Shown here: positions 51,501 through 64,000 of the stretch, piece by piece | How the letters are laid out: the number at the start of each line of letters is the position of its first letter | Position numbering within the stretch: position 1 is the stretch's first letter | Source of the DNA: Raillietiella orientalis | Lineage: Eukaryota | Assembly (NCBI GenBank): GCA_036172245.1 | Contig: JAYWIR010000005.1 | Location: 6,014,001 to 6,078,000 of the forward strand | Direction of reading: 5' to 3' | DNA: 64,000 nt | Made by a program: the position numbers and the translations under genes | Notes under the pieces: model-generated | Seen by the model: only the letters and a program-made list of their open reading frames with translations | What the model was told of the DNA's origin: nothing | The model's database searches: none

Positions 51501-53214
51501 TTGCAAATATGGCACCTATGGTCCAGCATATGCTGCAAAGTGTTGTTCGGGATGAATGGAAATTTTCTCGTATAATGTGGCACTTAATGTTTACACGATT
51601 AAGTTCAGAGGGATGTGCTGCACAGTACTCGGTTTTACATTCAAAAAACTTTTGTGAAGTACATCGAAGGCTCCACAGTGAACTAGGAGAGATTTTGAAT
51701 TCAGCTAAATGCCGAAGACACTTTTATTCGAATGGAAAATCCAGTGGACGATCTGAATAGTACAAAATTATTGACATGGAAAGAAAATTACACTATGCTA
51801 TTTTTGGATTCCAATAATGTTATTTTTTTCTCCTAAAAATACATTTCAGTTTCTTTTTGACAATAAACCTTGTTTTCTTATGTGATAAAATCACATGTTT
51901 TAACATACATTGTTTAATATGTCGATCGCATGTTCATCGTTATAATCATCAAAAGCTGAGAAATTTTAAAGCAACTTTGAGAACAATCCAGGGGACAGTA
52001 TTCTTGTTTACGTTTTACGGTTGCACTGCTGAGAAAAGAAAAATGAAAGATGTGACAAAGACGTTGAGGACCATTCCGGTATTAAGAACTTTGGTTCTTT
52101 TTGTAAAGTTCGAAACGATGAGCATTCTAATGTAATCTAAGTTACTCCTGCTCTATCGATATTCATTCTTGGACGATCGTGCTTATCTCAGTAGGAACAT
52201 CTCAAATTCCAGAGGAAAAAGCAACAGCATGTTTAACCGAACAAGAGCGAGTTACAGATCGGAAATTATCCTCACAAAATGGTACTCAAACTGCTGTTTT
52301 TCGTGCATGCTATCATTGGAATCAATGAATAATTTCGACATTTTATTCCCGGAAGGAACTAAATCACAAACCTTATTTAGGTCAGCTAAACGCTTTTTGT
52401 TTTGGTGAGAAAAAAAACCAAAAAAAACTGTAGAAAGACAATGGCAGTTGTGTTTGTACAGTTTTTTTTTTTTGTTCACACGTTTAATCACAAACAATTT
52501 GGTGGACATTCAGCATTTACACAATAGGAGTTATCAGTAGTTTTTGAGTGTAACTTGCTCTGTCCAGAGTTGACTGTTTATAATGATGTATTTCCTTATG
52601 CACTTTCCATATCACAATTAGTTATTTTGCACATTATTTTGCAATCTGTTCAGGAGATATGATAGCTTGAAAAAGAATCGTCCAACTTTCAGATAAAAGA
52701 AAACGAAATAAAACTATCAGTAGCACCTGAAAAACAAATTTTTAGATGAAAAGCCTCGTATCTGTAATTTAAGTATAGTGAATTTTCATAGAAATCAATC
52801 GCTTCTAAAATTCTCCTTGCCTATGTACTGCTGCCTATTCGATAATATTCCAAAGAATCTGTATACGTTTATTTCTAGGAATATAACAAGAATATTGTAA
52901 AATTCACTTCGTGAGTTCTATATGATAATCATTCTTTTTGGTTTTGAAATATGAAAAAACAGTAGAATGAAGTGAATAATCACTTCATTTTATCTATTCA
53001 ACTTTGAAACACAACAAGTTACCCACATTTCTCGAATGCCGACGAATGTTTGAGCCTTTCAAGAAATTGAATGTAGAATGCAGAAAAAAAATGCTACTTT
53101 TCTGAGAGTATCCGGATGTGCAATAGAAGTGTGGCGTTTGTCGTGCTTCGGAAGTCGTTTATTTGGAAGCGTAGAATATTAAATTCAGAGCTTTAGTTTT
53201 TCACTGATAAATTG

Positions 53215-53685
53215 GTAAGTCGCCTGCAATTTTTTCTTTTCTTTCTGCCTGTGGTGCAAAATTTTGCATTTGTTCGCGTTCTGTCGGTTATATTAAATAA
53301 TGGGTTCGCAGCAAAATTCGAAAATTTCCGTGCATTGCCCACGTCAGTTTAATAAGGTTTTGTGAATCGGTTGAAGTAAGCAGTGTAAAATTGTGGTTGT
53401 TTCGGATCATAAATTGGAAATATTGATACTAATTGTGATTACTATTGTAAAATCCGACTTTTTTTTTTAAATAGTTCCTGCAATACATAACGCTTGCAAG
53501 CAGTAAAGGCGTAATTTTATTTTGTGTGTGTGTGTTACATAAAGAAATGATTTTCTTAGTGTTCGTTTTCAAAAAAAAAAAAAAAATATGTACTCACACC
53601 CTTCTGTTTAAGTGTATGCACAAACAAAGCCAACAGAATTCAGTATTAGCAAGTGTAACTCAACTAAGTATTGATATTCTTTCAG
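53215..53685 (+). other. Probable 5'UTR intron of BZW
   Basis: Consensus donor G|GTAAGT at 53215 and acceptor ttctttcag ending at 53685, 13 nt upstream of the ATG. Confidence 0.5.
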
Positions 53686-53698
53686 TTTTCACTGTTGT

Positions 53699-55189
53699 AT
53701 GAGTCAAAAGGTTGAGAAACCCACGCTACAAGGTCAGCGTATTAAAACTCGCAAAAGAGGTTTGTACTCATTTCAAAACTAAAAATGAATGTAAGCCTTC
53801 AGATGAAAAAGAAAAGTATGACCCTCTTGGATTTCGTGATGCAGTCTTACAGGGGTTGCAAGAGGCTGGTGATGATTTGGAAGCTGTAGGACGATTCCTA
53901 GTTTCAGCTGGGGATCGGCTTGATTACAAACGCTATGCGGAGCCACTTTTTGATATCCTGATTGTTGGTGGCTTGCTGGGTAACTAATTAAATTCAGCTT
54001 TGCATCATCATCATGATTTTTGTCTTCAGCACCAGGTGGCTCAATATTAGATGGAAATGAGCCATCCAAAGTAACACAATCATGCATTTTTGGGATGCAG
54101 GTTGGACCTCGATTGATTCTGTTTGCCCAACTGTTCACAAGACTCATTCGTCGCTATAAATATTTGGAGAGAATGTTTGAAGAGGAAATGAAGAAGGTGT
54201 TGGCCTTTTTAAAAGGCTTCCAAGAGGAGAATCGTCCTAAACTAGCCCAGGCCCTAGCTTGCTGGCTTTCACAAGGAACAGTGCCTGTTGCAGCCCTTAC
54301 ACATCTTCTGCAAGAGCACCTTGTGAAAGACGGTGTGGCACTTGAATTCTTGCTGGAAGTGCTGAAATGCTGGAAGGCATTGGAACCATCTGGAGGGTTA
54401 AGGACAGCTTTGAAAAAGGCTTCACTGGATGGACGTCTCTTGGATTTCTTTCCCTTTTCCAAGCGTTCAGCTGAGAACTTTCAAACTGTTCTTAGAGAAC
54501 ACAATCTCTCAGAAGTGGCAGAACTACAGCGAGCCCAGGCCAATGCAGAAGTTAGAAGAGACCTTCAGAGAGAACTGGAAAGCTTGGTGGCGGAAGATCA
54601 GCCAGTCCCTGTAATGGTGGAAACCATAAAGGGGCGCCAAGCTCAATATGGTTTAGATGACAAAGATGTGGTTGTGTTGGTGAGTTACATGCATGAATTG
54701 TGTGTCTTGAGCTCATGATGAGAAAATAAGGAGATGTTGATGATCAAGGTGCACTATTATCTGATCGTATGTGTAGACAAAATAAGCAAACACCATTGCA
54801 GTTGTATTGACAATTATTTCTTGTAGCTCTGGGCAGCTGCCATGGGTAGCGTGGAGTGGAACAAGAAAGAAGAACTGGTAGCAGATCAAGCTGTGCGTCA
54901 TCTACAGCAGTTGGCACCTTTGTTTGCTGCATTTTGTGTGACTGATCGGGCAGAAATGGCACTACTCCTTCGTGTGCAGGAATTTTGTTATGATAACATG
55001 AATTTCCTGAAAGTATTCCACAAGATCGTAATGCTGTTTTACAAGAAGGATGTATTATCAGAAGATTGCATTCTGCGCTGGTATCGCACAGCCCATCTAC
55101 CAAAGGGCAAATCCGTATTCTTAGAACAAATGAGCCGGTTTGTGGACTGGCTACAGTATGCAGAGGAGGAATCCGATGGGGAAGTGTAA
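53699..55189 (+). CDS. BZW: Basic leucine zipper and W2 domain protein (5MP/eIF5-mimic, krasavietz-like; 4 exons, 416 aa)
   Basis: Exons 53699-53759, 53803-53979, 54030-54679 and 54827-55189 (introns 43, 50 and 147 nt, GT-AG). N-terminus [28 protein letters not shown], internal RRYKYLE and [15 protein letters not shown]2 end [24 protein letters not shown]. Confidence 0.96.
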
Positions 55190-55490
55190 ATCACAAATAA
55201 TTTGATAATAAATGGTGTCACTGGGAGATGTGTCCAGGAACTGGGCAGGCCGGGATTAGTGCAATTGGATCCTTTACACCAATTTGCACTAATTGGGACC
55301 TGATCAATCCCGACATTTTCGCTGGAACTGAACTGGCACTTCACGAGAAGGGCATCCCGTCACTAGGCCGGGACAAGTGCAATACTGTTTCGACATCATA
55401 ATATTGCCGCATGACCGGGCCTGGTCACAGGTCCCACCACATCACAATCCCCGTGACTTCTCCTCTTCAAACCACTTTTCCATACCGGGG

Positions 55491-55523
<33 letters not shown>

Positions 55524-57408
55524 CACACAAATATGATGAACTCCACGCTTTCGTTCCCGCAGGAATTATTGCAACACCACCTCACCGTATTTTATCGTTT
55601 GCCGTTTTTCACGCTTTTCTGACTGCGCAAAAACACCACGGTTCGTCGTGCCTCGCGTTTGAACTGAAAAGTTTGGCACGCCGCTGCGGAAAAAAAAACA
55701 CGAGGACTAACGAACGAAAACGTATTACGGCAGATGGTCAAACGCAACGACAGGAAGGAAGCTCCAACGTACTTATCGCACCTACAAACGTCACAAACAG
55801 TTTTCTGTGTTGAATTGCAGCCGTGTTGGTTTGGCGCTACCTTTGCTGGTCACGTGAGCACTCCCGCGCTCATTGTGGTTGTACGCAGAGTTAATGGACC
55901 TTTTTCTTTTTTCCTTTTTTTTTTTTTTTTCCTTTTTTTTTTGTTGCCGTTGCAATTACCTCGAAATTATATTAGCTGTTGCATTTTTGGTGTCCTCAGT
56001 GGCCAACAACCACTTTTTCTCCTCCTCCTCCTCCACTTTTTTTTTTTTTTTTGTTCCCCCCCCCCCGTGTTCTGCATGCTTTTCTTTGTGTTTCTGGGAT
56101 CACTTATAAAGAGCATTGTCTCAAATGCATCGTTTCCCGTACTTGTTGGCCAGGAATGCCTGATGCAGTGATAACATTCAATTTAAATTTGTCCGAGGAT
56201 TGGGTTGGATCGATAGTTTGAGCTTGGAGAAAATATATATACATATGTTTTTTTTTCTAAGAACATGTTGCGTGGATTCAGACAGGGAAGACGATCTGAA
56301 GGAATACGGAGAAACCACCACAGGATTGCTTATGAATGAAAGAGTTGAGAACGGCGTTGCCATTCCTGCAGGTTGCCTTTAAATGCACCCCTCCCAACTT
56401 TTGAAGCCCCGCTGGAATGTAAGTTACATTCTTTAATTTATAGTGTGTATTTAGACCTGCACATAAAGTTGGAACTTGATGATGTACATACCAACCTTCG
56501 TTGGTTCAACGATGACTTTTTCCCATTCCTTTTTTTCCTTCCAGCATCAGTCATTTCTTTAGAATAATCGATTTCGTTGTAAGTGAATCCTGCGATGCTA
56601 CCAGCGCGAAACGACACCAGCAAGGGCTTCCATAAAGAGTATTCTTCTGCTTGGGGCTTTACGGTCCCCGGCAGGCTTCCCAACTAGTGTTCGGTTGACC
56701 TTGAAATCAATGTTCGGATCCAATTGTTATTTCCTTGCTTTACCATAAAGGATTCAGCGCTGCAAGATTTCAATGTCCCTCGATGTGTGCACTCCCCTTC
56801 TTTTGTTGTAGTCTCCGGAGAGAGAAACCACCCCAGTTTCCTTTGCTGATGTTTCTAAGCAGCTGCACATTTACATGCATCGGCGTGAGAGTATCGAGGA
56901 AACGGGGTCAAGTGTAACCTTAGCAGGAAAACCTTTTGTGTTTGTCACCTGGCTTGGAAAACAGAGAAGCGTTGCATCAATTTTTGCCTGCTGATCTCGT
57001 AGACGGTGGTTTCCTTCGCCAGTTCCACGGTGATCTCGAAAACGAAGTTTCGGGAGCATCTCCGAGTCGGTGCAGCACTTTTTTGCCCGAAGAGGCAGTC
57101 GCTGGGCATCTGTGGAGTGCAGGGACTCGCACAACGCGAAACCGTGCTGCAAAGGACGCATTCGATTTCGGACCGTGATTTCCAGTCAGGACCTTAGGCG
57201 CTGGAAGAGACCGTGCTGTTCCTTCCTTCCCGATTTTAATGCCTCTCAAAGTTTCCCGGCCTTAGCGAAAGATAATTTGTAACTCGCACTCCCTTCGTAC
57301 CAAAAGAACGTCGTCCTGTGCAATGGTGAATTTACGCCGTGAATCGAATGTTAGGAAACGTATTTTGGGAAAAGAAAATATTAAGAGTTACCACACTTTT
57401 TTTTTTCC

Positions 57409-57440
<32 letters not shown>

Positions 57441-60067
57441 ACGCAACGTACATTCCGGGTGAAACCTAACGAATCACTTGTCTTCTCAGGGGAAAAGATT
57501 TGAATGAAGAATATTTGGGGGGAGGGGGGGGGAACCTGCCTGAATGATTGCATTAAGCGGTAAAAGCATGAATGGGAAACCACGTCGGTGGTAAAAAGTT
57601 ATTTCCTCAGCAAATGCACGTTTTTGGTTCTCCCAACTGCCAAAGTTTTCTTAAGGGTGAGTGATTGCAAACATCTTTCAGTCACTCGTGCAGTCACTAA
57701 TGCACCGTCGTACTGATAGGCAACTTCAAGAGAGAGAGAGACACGAAAAAAACAAAAACAAACAAACAGCCATCGCAGATTCCCTGAAAGTAAACCGCTC
57801 TCAATTCCAGTAGGTGTAAGGATGAAACCGTTTATTCAGTTTCCAATTCTTTTATTCCCCATCCGCGAAAGGAATTTCCCTCCCTTCCTCCCTCCCCCTC
57901 CCCCCCCCGTACAGTGACGAGCAGAGATGTACGTTTTGCAGCGGCAATCTGTGCTGGAGCATCCCTTGAAGTCCCGCGTCGCGCGGGAGCTCTCCCGTTC
58001 ATTGGCATTCTAAAAATTTGTAAACTGCCGAGTCGTCAACAAGACGCGTAACTTTGAAACCGTCGTCTAGATGTCAGACACCGGCATCCTAAAACACTGA
58101 CCTATCCGGGACATCCACAGAGAACACGCGTGCAAAAAAATAAATAAAGGAAGGAAGGAAGGAAAATAATAATAAAGATAAAAAAAAAAAAAGAAAGCGT
58201 TTTCTCTTCGCTCATCCATCAGAAGTGCCGACATATTGGGAAGAAGAAAGGATTCTTTGTTTAGCCACTGGCAAGGTCACTGGGAAAGTAGATGCGAATT
58301 CAAAAGCGCTGTCTTCTCCAGGCTTGGAAACATTTAGCCAGCAGCAACGCGACAACGACTTTCCAGTCTGCTGGCGGTTCCAAGAAACGGGGAGAGGAGG
58401 AGGCAAGCGCTGAGCCAGAATTTGCAGAGGTTCCTTCCGGTGGCAAAGAGCCGGCCTTTCTTTGCTACCAGAGCGAATTCCCCGGACATTCCCGGAATGC
58501 TTCCCAGCCAGAACGACGCGGAGGCCTTGCTGTTCTTTCCCCGAAATGGGAACCGTCCGTCCACTAAGGGTGGCCGTCGACTTTGAAACGTTTTCGCTCT
58601 ATGGGAGAGAAAAAAATCTCCGCGAATGAAATCGAAAAAGGGGGACCATTTGCCTGCGCTCAAAAGGGACAGAAAAAAAAAAAAAAAACTTGCCAGCCTA
58701 CGCATTTGCGCTACCTGAAATCGTCTGTCAACTTTTCGCCCGCCGATGTCCTCGGATGCTTGTCAGGGAAGTTCCTATGGTAACATAAATAACGGTCCCC
58801 GCTATCAAAGGCACGCGCGTTGCTGGTCTTTCTCGAGTCTTCAAAGAGATGACGGGGTATAAGCCAGCAAATAAAGCGAAACCAGCAACTGTTGTGATTA
58901 TTTGATCGGAGACAGTTGAAGTCTTTTTTTTTTTTCGGCTTCGCTCCGTTTTTTGATAGGCAGCCGAATGTGTACACTAGACCACGGTACACACGGAAGG
59001 AGAAAATCAGATGAGTCTGCGCTTTCTTTCAAGACGTTCCCGGCTCAGTTTTACCGATTACTCCTTGGTCGGCACTGCTTGCTCCTGCTGCAAAGTTTTC
59101 TTTGAGATTTCGGCACTGCAGATGCATTCGAAGGGGAACCGAGAAGAAGAAAAGATCAGCTGTCGCGGGAAACAACTTCCTACGTTCGACACGCGGACCG
59201 AAGGGATACAGAAGAGTATGGAGGGCTGACGTCACGGATCCGTTTGGGACCAACATCAAACGGTTTCCGTTTTCAAACGTCGCGTCTTTTGTTCACCGAA
59301 GCGTTCTTTCTATGAGAAACAACAGCTGACAAAATTGCCCCTGCATTTTTCAGCCGTATTCATAATGCAGCTGTATTAAAGACGAAGGAGTTGAGGGGGG
59401 GGAGGAGGGGGGATCAGCTGGATGTTTCTCGTTTATACGAAAAAAAAAAAAAAAGGGAATCAATCCCAACTCCCTGACTGATGAGCGATCACCAATTTCG
59501 TGGCGTCACTTGATCGTGCCTACTTGCCCTTATGCCGTCCCCACCCCCTTTCGCTCGGCAAGCGCGACTGCCGTCTTTTTGGGCGCACTGGCGGTCGAGC
59601 CACGGCGAGAAGACAGACAGAGCGGGAAACAAACACAGCTTTCGGAATTCCATCCCTCATTAGCTCGAAGGTTTTTCTCGTCTGAGCAAGCTCTTTGAAT
59701 CGAGGTCCACGCTTGAGTTGAGATTTGCGCCACTGTTTTTGAGGTCTTCGTCTTTCTTTTCTTTCCTTTCCAGACAGAAACTCGCTTCGGATTGCCAAGG
59801 TGATGGCATCAACTGGAAACTGCAAGTCGTATCCTTTGATTCACTGCTCTTCCTCGACTCGCGACCAGCCTGGAAGTTTTGCATGGCGGGAAAACTGGTA
59901 GCCGTCCTCCTCGTTCAGAATCGTGCTGTAACGATTGCTTGAAAAGCCTTTCAATTTGCAGCGGTTCGTTCATCTACGGCACCTTGGAAGTGCGGTCCGT
60001 CGCCGAACCTCATTCCGACCTTTTTCTCGGAAAGTGGTCCTTTTCAAAGCTGTTTCCGAGACCGCCA

Positions 60068-60104
<37 letters not shown>

Positions 60105-62039
60105 CGATCGGAGGCTGAACCAGTGGACCGTTCGGTCCACGACCCGGGCGGCACGGGCCACGGCGGGCAGCTCGTTTCGGAAACAACACCGTACACGCAA
60201 CACTTCGAGGAACTGGCAAACTTCGGTCACGTATGGGATCCGTGTAGGAGAGGTCTGCCAAGTGCTGATTCCGACGTCACAAGAGAAGCGATAATCCGTG
60301 GAATTTTTCTTGGTAGCAGAACGAGGATGCGATCGAAACGGGGGCACGGAAGACTCTAGGGTGGTGTTTTTTTTTTTTATACATTTTTTTTTTCCTTTCT
60401 GGAAAAAAGGGAAAAAAAGAAGAGAGAGTTTGATTACTTCTGAATTGTACCTCACCGACAGCAAACTCGAGCCGAGTTTGAGAGGAGACTGCGGTCAGTG
60501 CAAGTTTTCCTCATTTGGATGCAAATCAAGTTCGAGAGTGAGATAGACTCCACGTATTCTGTGAGAGATGCTGCTGTGACACTTCGAGGATCGGCTTGAG
60601 GTAGCAATGATGCTGAAGGGCAATAAACCGATATACCTTTGCACGCGTTACGAATACGTATCGAGCACCCAAGGACCGGAATGCATCTCATGAGTAACAC
60701 TATTTTATGTCACACGCTTAAGTACTTGATGGTTTCAACCAACATTCGTAGCAACTGTCAAGTGGACCCCATACTGGCATCGCCGAAGCACGCGTGATTT
60801 TCGTCGCAGTGATCTTTCGATCCGAAGCAGACATTCTGGAATGGAAAAAAAAGGAAAAATGTGATGCATTCGAATGGACCATGTTTTCATTGATCCACTG
60901 GTCTCGTGTTGCCCCTACCACAGGAAACTCATTTTTTCAAGATTGCCACAACCATTTCTTTGTTTTAACGTTACAGCCCGTGTGGAACAGCAATTATTAT
61001 CCTCACTTCATTCAGTGTTCAGTAATTTTTCTTATGAAATACGTTCTTTACCAGTTTTCGGTAACCTTTGCCATATTATAGAACATCGTACGTTTCTTCA
61101 TATTCCCTGCACTTGGGGTTTCGTAAACCTGAGTTTCTTTCTCTGCGATGTGAAATTATAAATGTTACACAAAGCTTCGTATGTTGTATAAAATGCACGT
61201 AGTTCAATGATAATCAGTTGAAGACACGCAACAGTTTATCTGTTTTTAATTCGATTTGATTAAAACCTTACAGCTCTTTATACATAAATATCAATCCTAG
61301 AAAAAATAATGCTTGTAATTACCTGCTTCACTGCTTCTAATCCACAATTGGATTCTCTAATCTTTAAATATTAGATTTGACTCCGAGACCTGCTCTGTCC
61401 TCGTCCTTCATGCCTCACTTCGATCTAGGCACTAGAAGAAAGTCTTTGGAAAGGATGCTTCCCTTCACAAGTCAAATGGGAAGATCTGTCCTTTTTATCA
61501 GCATCCCGAAATTATCGTCCTGACAAAACAAAACGATGGCTCAACGCGAAGCTGCGTTTTGTTTTTTTTTTTTCTTTCAGAACGGAAAAAAAAAAATTCT
61601 GAAGAGCGTTCTGCCTTCTGCCTTCACATGTTCTGTGTACGAGTTTCCACATTCCCATGCTGGCATATCTTTAAGCCGTTATCTGAAACTGTAAGATCGC
61701 ACACGCTGACTCGAACTACGCCGGAACTTCTTCAGGATTTGTCTCAGATGAGTCTGTTTTCCGATCACCTTAGCAGACTGTTATCGTCGCATTCTTGGCA
61801 TCGTGCGGCCTTCTTAGCGGCTTCCCGAAACGCGGGATCAGTGGGATCGAATGGACGGAGGTGCGCTGTTTCGCGACTTGGGATCTCCAGCTCCGGTCAT
61901 GCTGAACGTCCGAAGAGTGTCGGCGCATTCCGCCGAAAGGGATTTTGTCCAGCGAGTCCAAATCCACGCGGGGAAGGCAAAAAAATAAAATAATAAACGC
62001 CCCTGGGAACTACGCCGCTCAAGGAACACACGTCACCGC

Positions 62040-62400
62040 TCAAGTGTGCTGCTCACCCTGACCACATGGAGCGTGATCATTTCCGTCATCACGAGCCGCC
62101 TTCGCAGCTGATCGGGTCTTCGTTCGGGCAAAACTCCCGACACTCTCCCTGTGAACGACGGCGACCTCGGCAAACGCTGGTATGCCGAGGTCGAAAGAAA
62201 ATATAGGTGCTCTTCTGCTCCCAGCGTGAAAATATCGGTCGAAAAGACCACCCCTTCGGCCATCAGGGAACCCGAAGTTCAAAGCACGCGGAAAATTGAA
62301 ACTGGGAGCGATCAGACGGACCTTCCACCTGGGAACCCGCATCCCTGGGGATACAGACTCCGTCACGAGTGATGCTGTCACTCGTGACGGAAGTCACCGC
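62040..62400 (-). mobile_element. Decayed APE endonuclease remnant
   Basis: LIAPSFNFP (cf. IAGDFN) and terminal NDHAP (cf. SDHxP). Confidence 0.4.
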
Positions 62401-63612
62401 CTCCTGGGATCACACAACCATCTCCTGGAAGACATGAGGAAGGACGCGTGAAGGGCATCCAGAGGGAATTCAGAGGGAATCTTCAGCCGCCTTGAAAGCT
62501 GCCGCGCTCTGCCCCGTGAAGGGGCCTTCGAAAGAGAAGGCGTCGCCTCCCTTCCATTCTGGACGGCCTTCTCTGCCACGCGTTCGGCGGACCGGACCCT
62601 CGCGCTCACCATCCGCTTGCTGTCTCCCGGAGGTCTGCTCTTTCAAGGTATCCTGGTGGAAAATCGGGAGTTTCCCAAAGCAGTGGTCTTGCAGCGTTGT
62701 TCGTGGCACGCAGATGAAGAGGGTGTTTGGTCCTTCAGGGGATGTCGACGGAGGCGCCACCACCCCTGACTCCGAAAAGAGCGCGCTCGTCCCGCGATTC
62801 GAAGGTGGCGCGGCTCGAGGTTGCCTCGGTAACGGGAGCTGGTGTGCCTTGCATGCGGGCCTGCATCGCGCTCGCATCTTCTTCGGACCGAAGATGCCCA
62901 GAGATCCATTCGCACCGCCGCTCCCTCGTCGGCGAAGTCGCTGAACGGCCGACCTGGAGACGTTCGCTCGCTGGATGGGAGGGGAAAGGGGAGAGGCGCT
63001 AGAGTAGGGCACCGAGGGCAGACCGCCTCGAACACTCGGTCATCACCTCGGGACTCCTTTCCTCGTGGTTACTCCTCGGCGATCCCACAGATCGGGAGGA
63101 AGACCGCTCTTCCTGAGCGCCCGGCGCTGCTCCCGGAAAGCCTCCGAGGGCGCTCTCGAGCCCGCTGCCGACGCGGGCCTCACCTTGGTGCCATCTCGAC
63201 GTCAGTTCCCGCTCTCACGCTCCGGTGAGGGGGGGGCTCTCCGCTGGCATGACCTTCTTCCCTTCCGCAAGTGGAGGTTCCTCTCCTAAAGTCCAGAACC
63301 TTCTTGAGTGCGGTCGTCTGCGAGTTGCTCCGCTGCGCAAAAGGCGGACCGCGGAGGACTGATTCGCTCGATAGGACCGCTTGCACTACGCCCCCCCTCC
63401 TTCCTCGCGGAACTCGTCCGGTCCCTGGGAACGGCGGACGGGCTTTTCCGACTCTCGCCCACGGGCGGGGAAGCTCCCGTGCTCGCGCCGCCCGTCCTGA
63501 AGTCAGGTGCGTCTTCGCGGACTCGCACCCTTCTCCCGAGGCCGGAGGACGAACCCGTCCAGAAGAACAGGCAGGCCGGCACCACGCACACGCGAGCGCG
63601 CCAAGAAGAAGA

Positions 63613-64000
63613 GCCCACGTTGGCGACAGTGCGTCTGCGGCGGTCCCAGCGCGCATGGCACCGAGCGTAGCGAGTTCGAACCCCTCCGGGGAAAGGGTCG
63701 ACTCCGAGAACGGGGGGCGCATCACGGGGGTTTTGGTTCTGTCCCTCCCTCCCTCCCGCAGGATGACGCCGGTTGGCCCCCGGAGTTTTCGGGTGCGGCA
63801 CGGGAGGGAGCCAGTAAACCCTCCGGGAGTTCTCCCGTCGAGTGCCGCCCACGCGCACCTTCTGTTCCTCATCTGCGCGGAAGTCCCGAAGGCCCGTGCG
63901 GATTCCGCGCGGCGATCCTCCAAGGCCCACAGTAACTGCGGCGACGCGATTCTCTCCCTGCTCCCTGCGCACGTGGGGAGGACCATACTGCCGGACACTC
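63613..64000 (+). mobile_element. tRNA-like 5' head of a retroelement (runs off the window)
   Basis: A-box-like TGGCGACAGTG (63621) and B-box AGTTCGAACCC (63673-63683). Shares CCCGCA(A/G)GATGACGCC(A/G)GTTGGC with the 23.3-kb copy. Confidence 0.5.

Noticed and set aside
63613..63695. Functional tRNA gene
   Set aside because: A/B-box-like motifs are present, but no convincing acceptor or anticodon stems; treated as a retroelement head.

Overview
Eukaryotic nuclear DNA, most likely from an arthropod with very short GT-AG introns (mostly 41-80 nt). Three intact spliced genes are supported. Two are tandem pyruvate kinase paralogs on the minus strand: a canonical AT-rich copy (10640-12631) and a GC-rich divergent copy with several K+/nucleotide-site substitutions and one extra intron (1710-3770). 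The third is a BZW/5MP (eIF5-mimic, krasavietz-like) gene on the plus strand (53699-55189). Much of the rest is decayed L1/Tx1-like non-LTR retrotransposon. One family ends in a conserved small stem-loop rather than a poly(A) tail and seems to carry a tRNA-like 5' head. The most unusual item is a ~640-bp patchwork at ~26500-27140, set in an AT-rich minisatellite. It contains short (65-100 bp), mixed-orientation fragments of at least three unrelated bacterial genes (dnaJ, purA, pyrB) that look Wolbachia-like, i.e. a mosaic endosymbiont-to-nucleus insertion. All homology calls are by eye and from recall, and need database confirmation. TE boundaries are approximate.
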